From a virus (taxonomy: Duplodnaviria; Caudoviricetes): a stretch of 61,847 nucleotides of DNA. Each line of letters begins with the position of its first letter. Positions within the stretch are counted from its first letter, which is position 1. The notes under the pieces are model-generated. The model did not search any database. It was not told the origin of the DNA and was given only the letters and a program-made list of their open reading frames with translations. Location: IMG/VR virus record IMGVR_UViG_3300014913_000013, positions 1 through 61,847 of that record; one strand, given 5' to 3'. This document shows positions 1 to 10,284 of this stretch, one piece after another. A program made the translations under genes and the position numbers.

Positions 1-44
1 AGTATATATAGTATAACAATGAAACACAAACATAGGAGGCACGT

Positions 45-269
45 ATGGCAAGAATGTATTCAGTAGGCCACTTCATGGATCAGGTAAATAAACGGCACAG
101 CCATTACTCAGACGGCCTGATTTCTAAAGGCGAATTTGTAAGGCTGTGTATGGATGACCTGCACACTCTGATGAACAATGACCTCAAGGAAGCACAACGG
201 GTCATTGACAGTTACGGAATCACCATGAATGATTTCTCCACATGGGCTGAAAACACAAAGGAGGTGTAA
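45..269 (+). CDS. hypothetical early protein
   Basis: AGGAGG RBS directly after a promoter cassette. Confidence 0.75.
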   Translation: MARMYSVGHFMDQVNKRHSHYSDGLISKGEFVRLCMDDLHTLMNNDLKEAQRVIDSYGITMNDFSTWAENTKEV

Positions 270-270
270 C

Positions 271-657
271 ATGGGAATAACTGTGTGGTCTTGGCATTGC
301 AACTCTGACTATAATGCCCACCGTATAACTGAGAGCAGTTTTCCACCTATACCACCACTGAAAAGGAATTATACACATTTCAGGGTTCCTGTGTGTATGG
401 AATTCGTTCCTGATAAATTGCACACTGAGCCTGAAGAAGTGCTGCAACAGGCATTTCACTTCTTTAATTGGGTCAGCCAAGATTATGTTGCTCCAGAAAA
501 GGTAAATGAATTTGCCAGAAAATATGGTTCTCATGCTTCACAGTCAGTTGGGGATATGGTTGAAATAGTGGGGGAAGGGTATTGGATGGTTATGCCTTTT
601 GGTTGGGAGAAACTCAAAGATGAAGACCTTTACGGGTATATGACGGAGACAGTATGA
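271..657 (+). CDS. hypothetical protein
   Basis: GGAGGT RBS before ATG 271, in frame with ORF 229..657. Confidence 0.75.
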   Translation: MGITVWSWHCNSDYNAHRITESSFPPIPPLKRNYTHFRVPVCMEFVPDKLHTEPEEVLQQAFHFFNWVSQDYVAPEKVNEFARKYGSHASQSVGDMVEIVGEGYWMVMPFGWEKLKDEDLYGYMTETV

Positions 658-747
658 CACCACAGGAAATAGCAAACTTCGCTGAAAATGCAAAATGCAG
701 GGCAGGCTCTACCTGGAATAACTGTGTGATCTTTTAAGGAGGTAATT

Positions 748-1089
748 ATGGCTAAGACACTTACTTACACAGACTTTGCTGGTATTGAACATGAGATACC
801 TGCCATGTATGCAGTATGCGATAGGTGCAATGGTGAAGGGAGACACACCAATCCTAACATTGATGCTGACGGTCTTACTGAAGATTTCATTAATGATCCT
901 GAATTTATGGAGAATTACAGGAATGGGGTGTATGATGTTACATGCTCCAAGTGTAATGGCAAGAGGGTTATGTTGGTACCAAATGAAAATATCGCTGATC
1001 CTGAAGATGTGGAAGAGTACTATCGTGAACAAAGGGAAATTGAAAAAATGTACGCAGAAATTGATGCTGAAAGAAGATTTGGGGCATAG
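748..1089 (+). CDS. hypothetical protein with DnaJ-type CxxCxGxG zinc motifs
   Basis: CDRCNGEG and CSKCNG; AAGGAGGT RBS. Confidence 0.75.
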   Translation: MAKTLTYTDFAGIEHEIPAMYAVCDRCNGEGRHTNPNIDADGLTEDFINDPEFMENYRNGVYDVTCSKCNGKRVMLVPNENIADPEDVEEYYREQREIEKMYAEIDAERRFGA

Positions 1090-1321
1090 GAGATTTGTCA
1101 AATGTTTATTCCAGAAATAATAGCAACTATAATATTCGCCACACAATTTGATTGTGTGCAATACATGGACCACAAAATAACTACCAGACCAGAACATTCT
1201 ACAGTCACATATCTAAATATGCACAAAGCAATTATTAGTCTGTGGGGTGCTGATCTTGTTCTTGTTTGTAATGGTAAGGAGTACACGGCACACTTACTGA
1301 CAAACTGAATATCTACATAGC

Positions 1322-1381
1322 CTAAAAAGCTCGTATTTGGCCTGTATTCAAATCTTTTGTGGCAATGTATATGTAGGTATA
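1322..1381. repeat. 60-bp intergenic direct repeat, copy 1
   Basis: 59/60 identical to 7459-7518. Confidence 0.9.
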
Positions 1382-1394
1382 TAATGTATTTTTA

Positions 1395-1610
1395 ATGAGG
1401 AAGAAAACCATGAGTAAATATAGAATACTAAAGTTTAATGGTGATGATGCATACTCCTACGCAATATTTTACGCAAAATCTGTTAAAGGAAGGTCAAGTC
1501 CTATTAACTGGCATCCGCAACCTATTGTATGTGGCATGTCGTACAAACAGGCTGTATATCACAAAGAAAAAATGGAGCAGGATGATAAAAACAAATCCAT
1601 ACAAAAATAA
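1395..1610 (+). CDS. hypothetical protein
   Basis: ORF in operon context. Confidence 0.6.
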   Translation: MRKKTMSKYRILKFNGDDAYSYAIFYAKSVKGRSSPINWHPQPIVCGMSYKQAVYHKEKMEQDDKNKSIQK

Positions 1611-1613
1611 AAC

Positions 1614-1642
1614 TTGACAAATGATGTCTTTTATAGTATATA
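1614..1642 (+). promoter_or_regulatory. sigma70-type phage promoter
   Basis: TTGACA-N17-TATATA, repeated genome-wide. Confidence 0.85.
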
Positions 1643-1728
1643 TGTTATCACAATAAAAATTAATAAAAACCAAAGCTCAACTTAGGAGGTATTGCCATGA
1701 TCAGAGTACTGTAAAGCAGTACACATAT

Positions 1729-1856
1729 TAGGGAGGAGTCCCCCACTATATACAGGTTAGCACATAGGATGCATATATAACCTGCGGCGAAGCTCAAATG
1801 GTAACGCCTGAATCGTGCTGAAGATTTATTGCACCAGCAAGGGCGGCTCCTCCCTA
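1729..1856 (+). ncRNA. candidate multibranch structured RNA
   Basis: 12-bp closing stem TAGGGAGGAGTC/GGCTCCTCCCTA enclosing three hairpins; no long ORF. Confidence 0.5.
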
Positions 1857-2013
1857 TTTAGGGCGCACTACCCATTCCCATACAAGGGTATGCGTAAAAC
1901 ATTAATGAAGAAAATACTAATCATAATTAGGCGAAAGCCGGAGGTAAGCCAATGTTCAAATAAGATAAATAGATAAATATATTATAGTTTTATAAAGAGA
2001 TATATAGAGAATA

Positions 2014-2052
2014 GAAAACAGGCATCCTTCCTGATATGGGGTGCCTGTTTTC
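2014..2052 (+). terminator. intrinsic terminator
   Basis: AAAACAGGCATCC...GGGTGCCTGTTTT hairpin. Confidence 0.7.
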
Positions 2053-2068
2053 ATTAATAGGAGTCAAT

Positions 2069-2419
2069 ATGAAAGCTGTATTCACAGATAGGCAGGGTAT
2101 ACGATATGAGGTAGATCCTATAGGTAAGTACCCCCATGTTTCCGCACAAACCTTGATTAATTCTATTGGTATTATACCAACTTTCTTAAACCCAGAAGCA
2201 GAAAATGTAATTGAAGAAGCTGTGGGTTCATACGGATTTTCTATGGGTCCTATGACGGGGGGCACAATAGAAAAAGATGGTACGTATAAGTACCCTGGAG
2301 ACCCTGATCTATACCCACTTACAAGATGTGTTGTCAAAGACGTAATTGTGTTTATTTATCCTTACGGTATGACAGCATTTGTGGATGGTGACAAAACAGT
2401 TATGTATAGATTTGACTAA
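2069..2419 (+). CDS. hypothetical protein
   Basis: AGGAG RBS; YPGDPDLYP motif. Confidence 0.75.
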   Translation: MKAVFTDRQGIRYEVDPIGKYPHVSAQTLINSIGIIPTFLNPEAENVIEEAVGSYGFSMGPMTGGTIEKDGTYKYPGDPDLYPLTRCVVKDVIVFIYPYGMTAFVDGDKTVMYRFD

Positions 2420-2429
2420 GGGGGGCATT

Positions 2430-2654
2430 ATGAAAGAAATTACGTACCATGTCACCTGTCACCCTATAGATAGGGATTTTTTGGAAAGGGTGGGAATATA
2501 CGATAATAGCAGGGTACATTATATGTCACTTGGAACAGTACTGGCTGCCGTAGTAGATGCTGGATATACAAAAATACATTCCCATTATGCACAATACAAT
2601 GACGGGGAAAGACGCATAAATATACATTGCAAAAAGATATATAAAGAGGTGTAA
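2430..2654 (+). CDS. hypothetical protein
   Basis: RBS, operon context. Confidence 0.65.
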   Translation: MKEITYHVTCHPIDRDFLERVGIYDNSRVHYMSLGTVLAAVVDAGYTKIHSHYAQYNDGERRINIHCKKIYKEV

Positions 2655-2656
2655 GT

Positions 2657-3073
2657 ATGTTTGTAGAAAAGACTTGGTGGTATAAAGGATATCAATGTTC
2701 TGTAGTGCAAAATATGTTTGGGCACAGATGTGGATATGTTGTTGTATCTATAGATACAAAAATACCTATGAGTACAAGTGAAGACTACTCATATGTAGAT
2801 ATAAATGTACATGGGGGTGTCACTCTTTATGAAGATATAGTAATGCCTATGGGAACACGTGCTAGATTAGGAGGTGTAGTAATCAGTGATGGTATGCGTG
2901 TTCTTGGATTTGATTGTGGGCATTTCTATGATAAACCTGATATAGAAGCTGCAGAAAGAAGGGGTATGTATACACATGGAATTCACCTACAAAATGGGGT
3001 GGTCCGTACGCAATCCTACTGCGAGGCTGAATGTAGAAAGATGGTTGATCAGATAAAAGAATTTAACAAATAA
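2657..3073 (+). CDS. conserved phage hypothetical protein
   Basis: GHRCGYV, VHGGVT and GFDCGH motifs, recognised as a common phage family. Confidence 0.8.
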   Translation: MFVEKTWWYKGYQCSVVQNMFGHRCGYVVVSIDTKIPMSTSEDYSYVDINVHGGVTLYEDIVMPMGTRARLGGVVISDGMRVLGFDCGHFYDKPDIEAAERRGMYTHGIHLQNGVVRTQSYCEAECRKMVDQIKEFNK

Positions 3074-3091
3074 TCTCACACAAAGTAAAAC

Positions 3092-3120
3092 TTGACATTT
3101 AATGTCTTTTATAGTATATA
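3092..3120 (+). promoter_or_regulatory. sigma70-type phage promoter
   Basis: TTGACA-N17-TATATA. Confidence 0.85.
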
Positions 3121-3185
3121 TACTATAACAATTTAATACGGGTAATGCACCCTGCCAGAGAAACTATAATTAGTGGAGGCTTCAA

Positions 3186-4752
3186 ATGACCCTCAAAGAA
3201 CTCAAATCTGAGTACGGTTTAACCAGTGAAGAAACAGGCCATGTAGATGTACTTCTCATGATGATGCCAGATAATCCTGATGGCATTTGGGCAATGTGCG
3301 AAGATGCCGATATTCATCTTGAATTTGATGATATAGCTGATCTCTGTGAACAATACAAACAGGAATCATTATGAAAACAGAAATACATTACAAAGATAAA
3401 TGTGGTGCCTGTAATGACAGAAAGGCACTCATAGATATGCTCCACTGGTACGGAAGATTTAAACAATTCAAACTACTGGTAAAGGGAATAAAAAGTGGTT
3501 GGTCTTTCAAACAACTGGCATTTTACGCTGGATTCAGTGGTGTAGAAGGATATCCAGTACATGCTATGTGGAGGAGATATTCTAATGAAGTATAAACTGA
3601 CATTCCTTGATATGTGCCTTTCTGATTATTTTGCAGGGCACCCTAATCCTGTACTTCAAATACCAGTATGGCAGGATATGACTAAAAAAGAATTGATGGA
3701 AGAAATAGTATCTGATTACAATATGGTTTACGATTATTTGTGTTCTGAAAACCGCAAGAATCCATGGCCAAATCTCAGTGATAGTGAATTATTCACAATG
3801 GCAGATAAACTAATACTTAAAGAAATGCCGTTTGAAAATAACGATATACCCACATCTGAAGAGTGTGAAAAAACTTTGGATGATGTGTGTATATTCTTAA
3901 TATGCGAGGAGGATGTGTGATGTACGATTTTTCTAAACAGTATAGTGTTGGAAGATTCCATATACCAACACGTATGATGCCTTCCATAGAAAGGTACGTA
4001 TTAAAAGGCATAATTCCTGGTGACTTCTTACAAGGTATCATATGTATGGATCTTTTCAAAGCTGTGTCACATGCAGACAATGAAAACATAGAAAATATAC
4101 CTGCCTATGTCTACCTGTTTTATAATGAACTTCCAAGTGCCTGTTGGGGAAGTAAAGAAGCAATGTATGAATGGTACGAAATTGGTGGTATGGGGTGGTC
4201 TAAATTCAGTGGCAGAGAAGGCTGCCTAAAATCTAAGGGAGAATCAGCATGAAAAAAGAATATTGCTACCTTGTAAAATTCTATGATGAAGACGGTAGGC
4301 TGGTATGTGCAGAACCATACACTACACCTGCTGAAAATTCAGATGAGGCCATGGATATAATAGATAGGACTGTCAGTAAAGATATGAACTTATTTGATTA
4401 TTATGATGCAGACATTAAATTGGAGGATGTCTGCTGATTAATATAAAGGAAGTATTTTATGAAAACTGTAGAATGTAAAACAACTCTAATCACAAATACG
4501 GATAGGGAGGTTGAATTAACACTTATTTGCTCATGGTCTCCATATAGACCAGCAAGAGGGCCAACATTCTCTTGTGCAGGAGAACCACCTGAGCCAGAAG
4601 AATTTGACTTGGAAGAAATCTATATCAGAGGGTTATATCTGCCAAATAATCATAGATATTATAATTTGGTGGATATACAAGAAGTAAAAGAAAAATTGGA
4701 CAAAGCAATGGAAGAAGCAGAAGCAGAAAACTATATTGATTTAATGACATAA
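3186..4752 (+). other. run of six short hypothetical CDS (3186-3374, 3371-3595, 3585-3920, 3920-4252, 4249-4437, 4459-4752)
   Basis: tightly packed or overlapping ORFs with RBSs. Confidence 0.7.
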
Positions 4753-4761
4753 GGGGGTTTT

Positions 4762-5592
4762 ATGAAATTCAAAGTCGGCGACAAGGTTAGGCTAATCAAA
4801 GAAAGCCCATTCTCAAAAAGTAATTGCCTTAGCTTAGGGAAAATTTACACAGTCACCAAGAAATCTAAAGATAACTCCTGCATAAAAGTAAACAATAGAG
4901 AATGGTTTATACATAAAAACTGCTTTGTCCCTTCGCAGGAAGTAGGAGAAGGTTCTATGGAATTCAGAGTAGGAGACAAAGTAAGGCTGGTTAGCGAAGG
5001 CTCATGGACAATAAACAATGGCCTTATATTAGGAGAAGTATATACAGTTGCTCTTATTTCTTCAGATAAAAGTTGTATAAGAGTATATGGTAAAGAAGCC
5101 TTTATAGGCAAAGAACGCTTTGAGCTTTTTCAAAAAGCAGAATCAAAAAGAGAACAAGAACATGCAAGAAAATGGGCAAAATTGGCAGAAGGATTTGAAA
5201 TTGAGTGCAAAAACTACAGGGAGAATAAAATGAAAACAAACAACCGAAAAAGCTGGAAATTCAAAGTATCAAGCAAAGAAGCACTGCACTACAATGAAAT
5301 AGGAGAGACTCTAAATAAAGATAGGTTGATAGCCATTACCACCACTGATGATCCAACCAAGGGATGTGCTGTATACGTACATAATAGGATAATGGTAAAA
5401 TCGCATCAAGTGGGGATTGAACTGCCATCTTACAATGGCATGGTGTACGAAATGCCTTGTGGACATGTGGCATTTATATTGAGACATGCTGATTCTATTA
5501 AAAAAATCACCAAGTGGGTAAAAGAAGTAAGGACAGCTAAATGGGAAAACCAAGAAAATCTTGAAGTCACTGTACGTTATCCTGAATTATAG
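4762..5592 (+). CDS. hypothetical protein with two tandem FxVGDKVRL (SH3/KOW-like) repeats
   Basis: MKFKVGDKVRLI and MEFRVGDKVRLV internal duplication. Confidence 0.7.
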   Translation: MKFKVGDKVRLIKESPFSKSNCLSLGKIYTVTKKSKDNSCIKVNNREWFIHKNCFVPSQEVGEGSMEFRVGDKVRLVSEGSWTINNGLILGEVYTVALISSDKSCIRVYGKEAFIGKERFELFQKAESKREQEHARKWAKLAEGFEIECKNYRENKMKTNNRKSWKFKVSSKEALHYNEIGETLNKDRLIAITTTDDPTKGCAVYVHNRIMVKSHQVGIELPSYNGMVYEMPCGHVAFILRHADSIKKITKWVKEVRTAKWENQENLEVTVRYPEL

Positions 5593-5602
5593 GAGGTGTG
5601 GA

Positions 5603-5830
5603 ATGGGTGGAGTAAAAACCAATAAATTCGAAGTAGGAAATTTGGTACGTTCTGTAGAATACTTCCCATTGATGATGGGTGCCCTTACTATTAAAGAGAT
5701 AAATACTGACTATACTCCTACTTTGTACCATTGTACTGATATGGTAGGAAATCAGTACACTTTCTATGAAGAAGAATTAGAAACACAATATCAACATGAT
5801 AAAAGGTTCGGCTTATTAAATAAATGTTGA
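5603..5830 (+). CDS. hypothetical protein
   Basis: AGGAGGT RBS. Confidence 0.65.
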   Translation: MGGVKTNKFEVGNLVRSVEYFPLMMGALTIKEINTDYTPTLYHCTDMVGNQYTFYEEELETQYQHDKRFGLLNKC

Positions 5831-5855
5831 CATTTTACATCTTTTATAGTATATA
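5827..5855 (+). promoter_or_regulatory. sigma70-type phage promoter
   Basis: TTGACA-N17-TATATA. Confidence 0.85.
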
Positions 5856-5891
5856 TAGTATAACAATGAAACAATTACTTAGGAGGCAGGT

Positions 5892-7451
5892 GTGAAATGC
5901 TATTCTGAAAATTTCAGGTATGAGGGAGACAATAACCCATATCCAAGCAAAGCCCAAACATACTCTTCTATAGAGGAGGCTGTCAGTAAGTACAAAGACT
6001 TTGTACAAGAATCAGAAAATTTCAGTTCTGGAAAACCTGCTCCATTATGGCTGTATTTTGGAGAACCTGACGGTGATGAAGAACAGTATGGGTATCCAGA
6101 TTGGTATGATAAACTTATCAGAGTAGGACCACGGGGTGGCATTATCTGTGAATAAAATAGGAGTGAATTATGAAATGTCCAGTATGTTGTGAAAAATTAA
6201 TATTTATAGGAGTGTGTGGAGTTGGTACTGTTTATCGTTGTAGGGAATGTCGTAAAGAGTGGATAATAGCTGAATACACTGACTGGAAAATAGTACGGAC
6301 ACCACAAAAATAAAAGTAAGGAGTGTATGTATGACGAAATTTCCTAAGATTGATGCCACTTACTGTAAAGGCACACTCGAAATACAGGACACTTTCAAAA
6401 TGTTCCCACATAATCTACTTGATATAGAACTCGGTATACAAATAAGTGATGACGGTAGATTGTGGGTGTGCATAAATGGTAGTTCTTTTATAAGATTCAG
6501 GCCACACAAACATATTGAGGATAAAAAATAAAACCTATTCTAAGAATATATGATATTGACAATGGATTTTGTAGAATAAACTATAAAGCAGAAAATGAAG
6601 AAGAACAAACTATAAATTACTGTATTCAAGATGAAGGGGTATACTGCATAATGTACAGATCAACCTCTGAATGGGAACCGGATTATCCTGTAAAAGGCCC
6701 AAAAGAAATATGGGAAGTCCCTACTGGTAATTCTGAAATAGAAAAAAGAGTAAGAGAGTTTTTAATAGGAGAATAATTATGTCAGTATGGAGTGATTATC
6801 ACTGGAGTAACCCACCAGCCCCGTTTAACCCAAATTTTAGAAGGGGCTTTGGAGAAGCAATATCAAAAGAGTATACTGCATATTGTGAAGAGCATCCAAA
6901 TTCTACACAAGAAGAAAGAAAAGCAGCATATAAAGATATAGCTGAAAATCTTGAAAGCTGTTTTCCAACTGAAAGAGAAAGACACCCTGAGAGGTACTGA
7001 TATGGCGTACTTATACAATTACAGTAAGGAAGAACTACAAGAGTGTGTCCAAGTCAAATGTCCATATTGTAGGGGGTTTGGGGGTGTTTCATCTGATGAA
7101 GGAGTCTGCTTTCTCTGTAATGGGTGGGGAAGGCTTTGGCAATCAACAAAGGACCCTGCATGGTATAGGGCACTATATTCTAGAATAGAACAGTCAGTAG
7201 CATATTAAGGAGAAACTATGCAAACAATAACAGCAAAGAAAATGACCCTTATAATAAGGGCTAATTTTTTACCTGAAGATAAAATAATGCTGTACTCTGA
7301 AAACGCGAGAACACATGAATATGGATGGGCTTTCGACACTGCGTATGAAATAATAAAAGTATTGTTAGATCCTGAAGTATTTGATGATGAAGCAGAACTG
7401 TACTACTTCTCTGTTGGTAAGTGCATTATGTATGAAGGCACCATGTTGTAG
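5892..7451 (+). other. run of short hypothetical CDS (5892-6155, 6331-6531, 6779-7000, 7002-7208, 7218-7451)
   Basis: ORFs with RBSs; 7002-7208 has CxxCxGxG motifs. Confidence 0.65.
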
Positions 7452-7458
7452 ATTATGG

Positions 7459-7518
7459 CTAAAAAGCTCGTATTTGGCCTGTATTCAAATCTTTTGTGGC
7501 AATGTATAGGTAGGTATA
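7459..7518. repeat. 60-bp intergenic direct repeat, copy 2
   Basis: 59/60 identical to 1322-1381. Confidence 0.9.
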
Positions 7519-7565
7519 CTTTTTAATTAAAAGACGTTTAAAAAGCAATATGAGGTAATTACACA

Positions 7566-8253
7566 ATGAATGAAAAAGAAAAGGCGCGTATGAAAGCTGA
7601 TATGGCATTACAAGGTCTTATGGAAGGTGCCCTAATAAAAATAGAAGAGATGCCATCTAAGGATAAAGAAATAATGGCAGCAGCATTCTATGTTTTAGTA
7701 GAAGGGCTGTCCATATTCAAAAACTTTGTCTCTGAAGAAAAACAACATAAACTTACTGTGGGAGTACTAAATACTGCTATAGATATGCTTATGGAAGAAC
7801 ACAAAGAACCAGTACAATGAGCCATGCTCACTGTAATAGGGATGATAGAGTCTGAGTGGTGGGGGTGGGCACAAGAAAGGGGGGAAGAATTTGCTGGTTA
7901 TAGGAATACACCGCTAACACTAAAGACTATTTCATGGAATGATGCTCTATTGTACAGTAATTCACAGAGCGTACATAATTGCAAAATGAAGCCCCCTGAT
8001 CCAACTATAACCAGAACTGCTGAAGAAATAAGCAATGATGAAAAGATACAGCAACTAATACAGGAATTTGGTAGGTAGTATGACAAAGTTAGAATTTGCA
8101 AAAATGATTAATAGAGACCTTAATCTAACTTCTGCTGATATAGTTGGTGCATTATACTATGTATTTAGAGAGTGTACTGTACGTAAATTTAAATGGGAAT
8201 TCTCAAAATTGTATAGTGCTATAGGCAATAAAAAAGAATTACTGGGGGCTTAA
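7566..8253 (+). other. three short hypothetical CDS (7566-7820, 7824-8078, 8080-8253)
   Basis: packed ORFs. Confidence 0.6.
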
Positions 8254-8254
8254 T

Positions 8255-8899
8255 ATGAACAAGCGTGAAAAAATGAAACAAAAACTTTTAGAAGAAAAGT
8301 CTCTTACACGTAGCAGAGAAGTGATAGAAGATTCACTGGAATTTTTGGCAGATAAAAAATTCACAAAAAGACAATTATATGACATGATTCAACAATATAC
8401 TAATGGGAAGCCCATAAGCAGCATTGCTTCTTATTACGATTCATCTGTTTATATAGTAAAACATAGAATAGATCTACTAAAAAAGTATGGATTCATATCT
8501 AATAATACCAGCAAACATAGAAAAATTAACCCTAATTGTAAGACGTCATATACAAGGGAAGAATGCCTAAAACTAATAGAGTTGCGATATTCTGGTTATT
8601 CTTACGAAGAAATAGCGGAAGAACTTGAACGCAGTATTAGTTCTATTTCTAACAAAATGTTTAAATTGCGTCATAGCAAAAAGGGCAAAAGACTTATAGA
8701 AGAATACCATAAAAATAAAAATAGTGAGAATAATAAGCAACCAATAATAGAGAATACTACAGAGCCAAAGGAGGAAAATAAAAGTGGCTCACTATCTACA
8801 TTAATAGAGGAAATGCAGCAAAAAGCCATTACCTCAGAAGAAGGAATCTCTATAAAACATAAAGAGATGCTCATTGAAATTTTACACAGGGTGATCTAA
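8255..8899 (+). CDS. HTH DNA-binding protein
   Basis: GYSYEEIAEELERSISSI helix-turn-helix; second HTH-like segment near the N-terminus. Confidence 0.65.
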   Translation: MNKREKMKQKLLEEKSLTRSREVIEDSLEFLADKKFTKRQLYDMIQQYTNGKPISSIASYYDSSVYIVKHRIDLLKKYGFISNNTSKHRKINPNCKTSYTREECLKLIELRYSGYSYEEIAEELERSISSISNKMFKLRHSKKGKRLIEEYHKNKNSENNKQPIIENTTEPKEENKSGSLSTLIEEMQQKAITSEEGISIKHKEMLIEILHRVI

Positions 8900-9403
8900 A
8901 TGATGATACCATCAGGCCTTAACAAACAAGTAGGGCGTGGATACAAAATTATCAGCTCCAATATAATATCTATATTGGTAAAAGAAAGAGGCACAGCTAC
9001 TCTTGACTTCATTGAAAAAGAGACTGGACTTAAAGCAGAAAGTTTAAAATGGGCAGCTGACATCTTACTTTTCTTGCAAAGCAAAAAGATACTGACCATA
9101 AAAGAAAATATTGTTGCAGCAGACCTTGCTAAAATACAAGCTATTAGAGAACAGGAAAAAACACTGCTACCAGATAACTACGGTAAGCCGTGGAGTGAGA
9201 ATGATACAGCTATCTTATGTGAAATGTCACTTGCAGATAAACACCCACACGAGATAGCACTGAAACTTAAAAGGACAGAAAAAGCTGTTTTAATGCGCCA
9301 AACATTCCTGCGTAATGTAGGTAGGACAATACCATGGGTAGATAGGAACCCAATAATTAAAGAATTCGTAGAAGTGTTTAAATCTCCTAATCCTGAGAAG
9401 TAG
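8900..9403 (+). CDS. putative HTH DNA-binding protein
   Basis: GKPWSENDTAIL...EIALKLKRTEKAV Myb/HTH-like segment. Confidence 0.55.
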   Translation: MMIPSGLNKQVGRGYKIISSNIISILVKERGTATLDFIEKETGLKAESLKWAADILLFLQSKKILTIKENIVAADLAKIQAIREQEKTLLPDNYGKPWSENDTAILCEMSLADKHPHEIALKLKRTEKAVLMRQTFLRNVGRTIPWVDRNPIIKEFVEVFKSPNPEK

Positions 9404-9420
9404 CGTTATTAAAATAAAAC

Positions 9421-9449
9421 TTGACATTTTATGTCTTTTATAGTATATA
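9421..9449 (+). promoter_or_regulatory. sigma70-type phage promoter
   Basis: TTGACA-N17-TATATA. Confidence 0.85.
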
Positions 9450-9514
9450 TACTATAACAATTTAACAGGGCCTAACAGCCCTTGCCAGAGAAACTATAAT
9501 TAGTGGAGGCTTCA

Positions 9515-10267
9515 ATGAAGGAGGGTGAAGAAAAATATGCCATTGGAAGATATGTGTCTGGTAGAAAGACAACTATCGAATATTTGGTAGACCCTTTAGG
9601 AGAAACAGTTCTATTCAACTCAAAAGACCATGCCGTAAAGTTCCTTACTGATAATGGGGACTCTTATGAAGAAGCTACTGATCCTGGCCTATACATTTTC
9701 CAAAAAGTTAAAAAACTTGGCAAAATGTTGGTTATAGTGGAGGAGTAGTATGCAACTGCAAAGAGATTTCTATACAGATCCTGGGCATGGGTGGCTTGCT
9801 GTCTCTTATCAAGAACTTGTAAAACTTGGCATTTCAAAAGACATCAGTACTTGCTCCTATTTTCACAAGGGTACTGTATATCTTGAAGAAGACGTAGACG
9901 CTGGTGTGTACATTGATGCTATCAAGAAAAATGGTGACAGTATATGTGTAACTGAGCATTATGCAGAAAACACCCCAATAAGGGGATACTCATATTACAG
10001 AAATAATCACAACTATTAAGAGAAAACATGAACGTAACAATAGATTATGATAAGCTGGCTATAGGTCTCTTGGATACATTTACAGAAGGTGATAAAGCGG
10101 CAATGGCATTTGGAATGATCCCATTGGCACCTTTCAATGCATTTCTAAAATTGGTATACGAAGAAATACATAAGAAAGGTGGTACTGCATTAACAGAAGG
10201 TGATAAAGAACACGTTGAAAAGGAACTTTCAATGGCATTGTATCGCAATGCTGAAATGGTAGTCTAA
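9515..10267 (+). other. three short hypothetical CDS (9515-9748, 9750-10019, 10028-10267)
   Basis: RBSs; 9750-10019 has DPGHGWL...YLEED motifs of a common phage family. Confidence 0.7.
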
Positions 10268-10284
10268 CAATTAACGGAGGTAAT

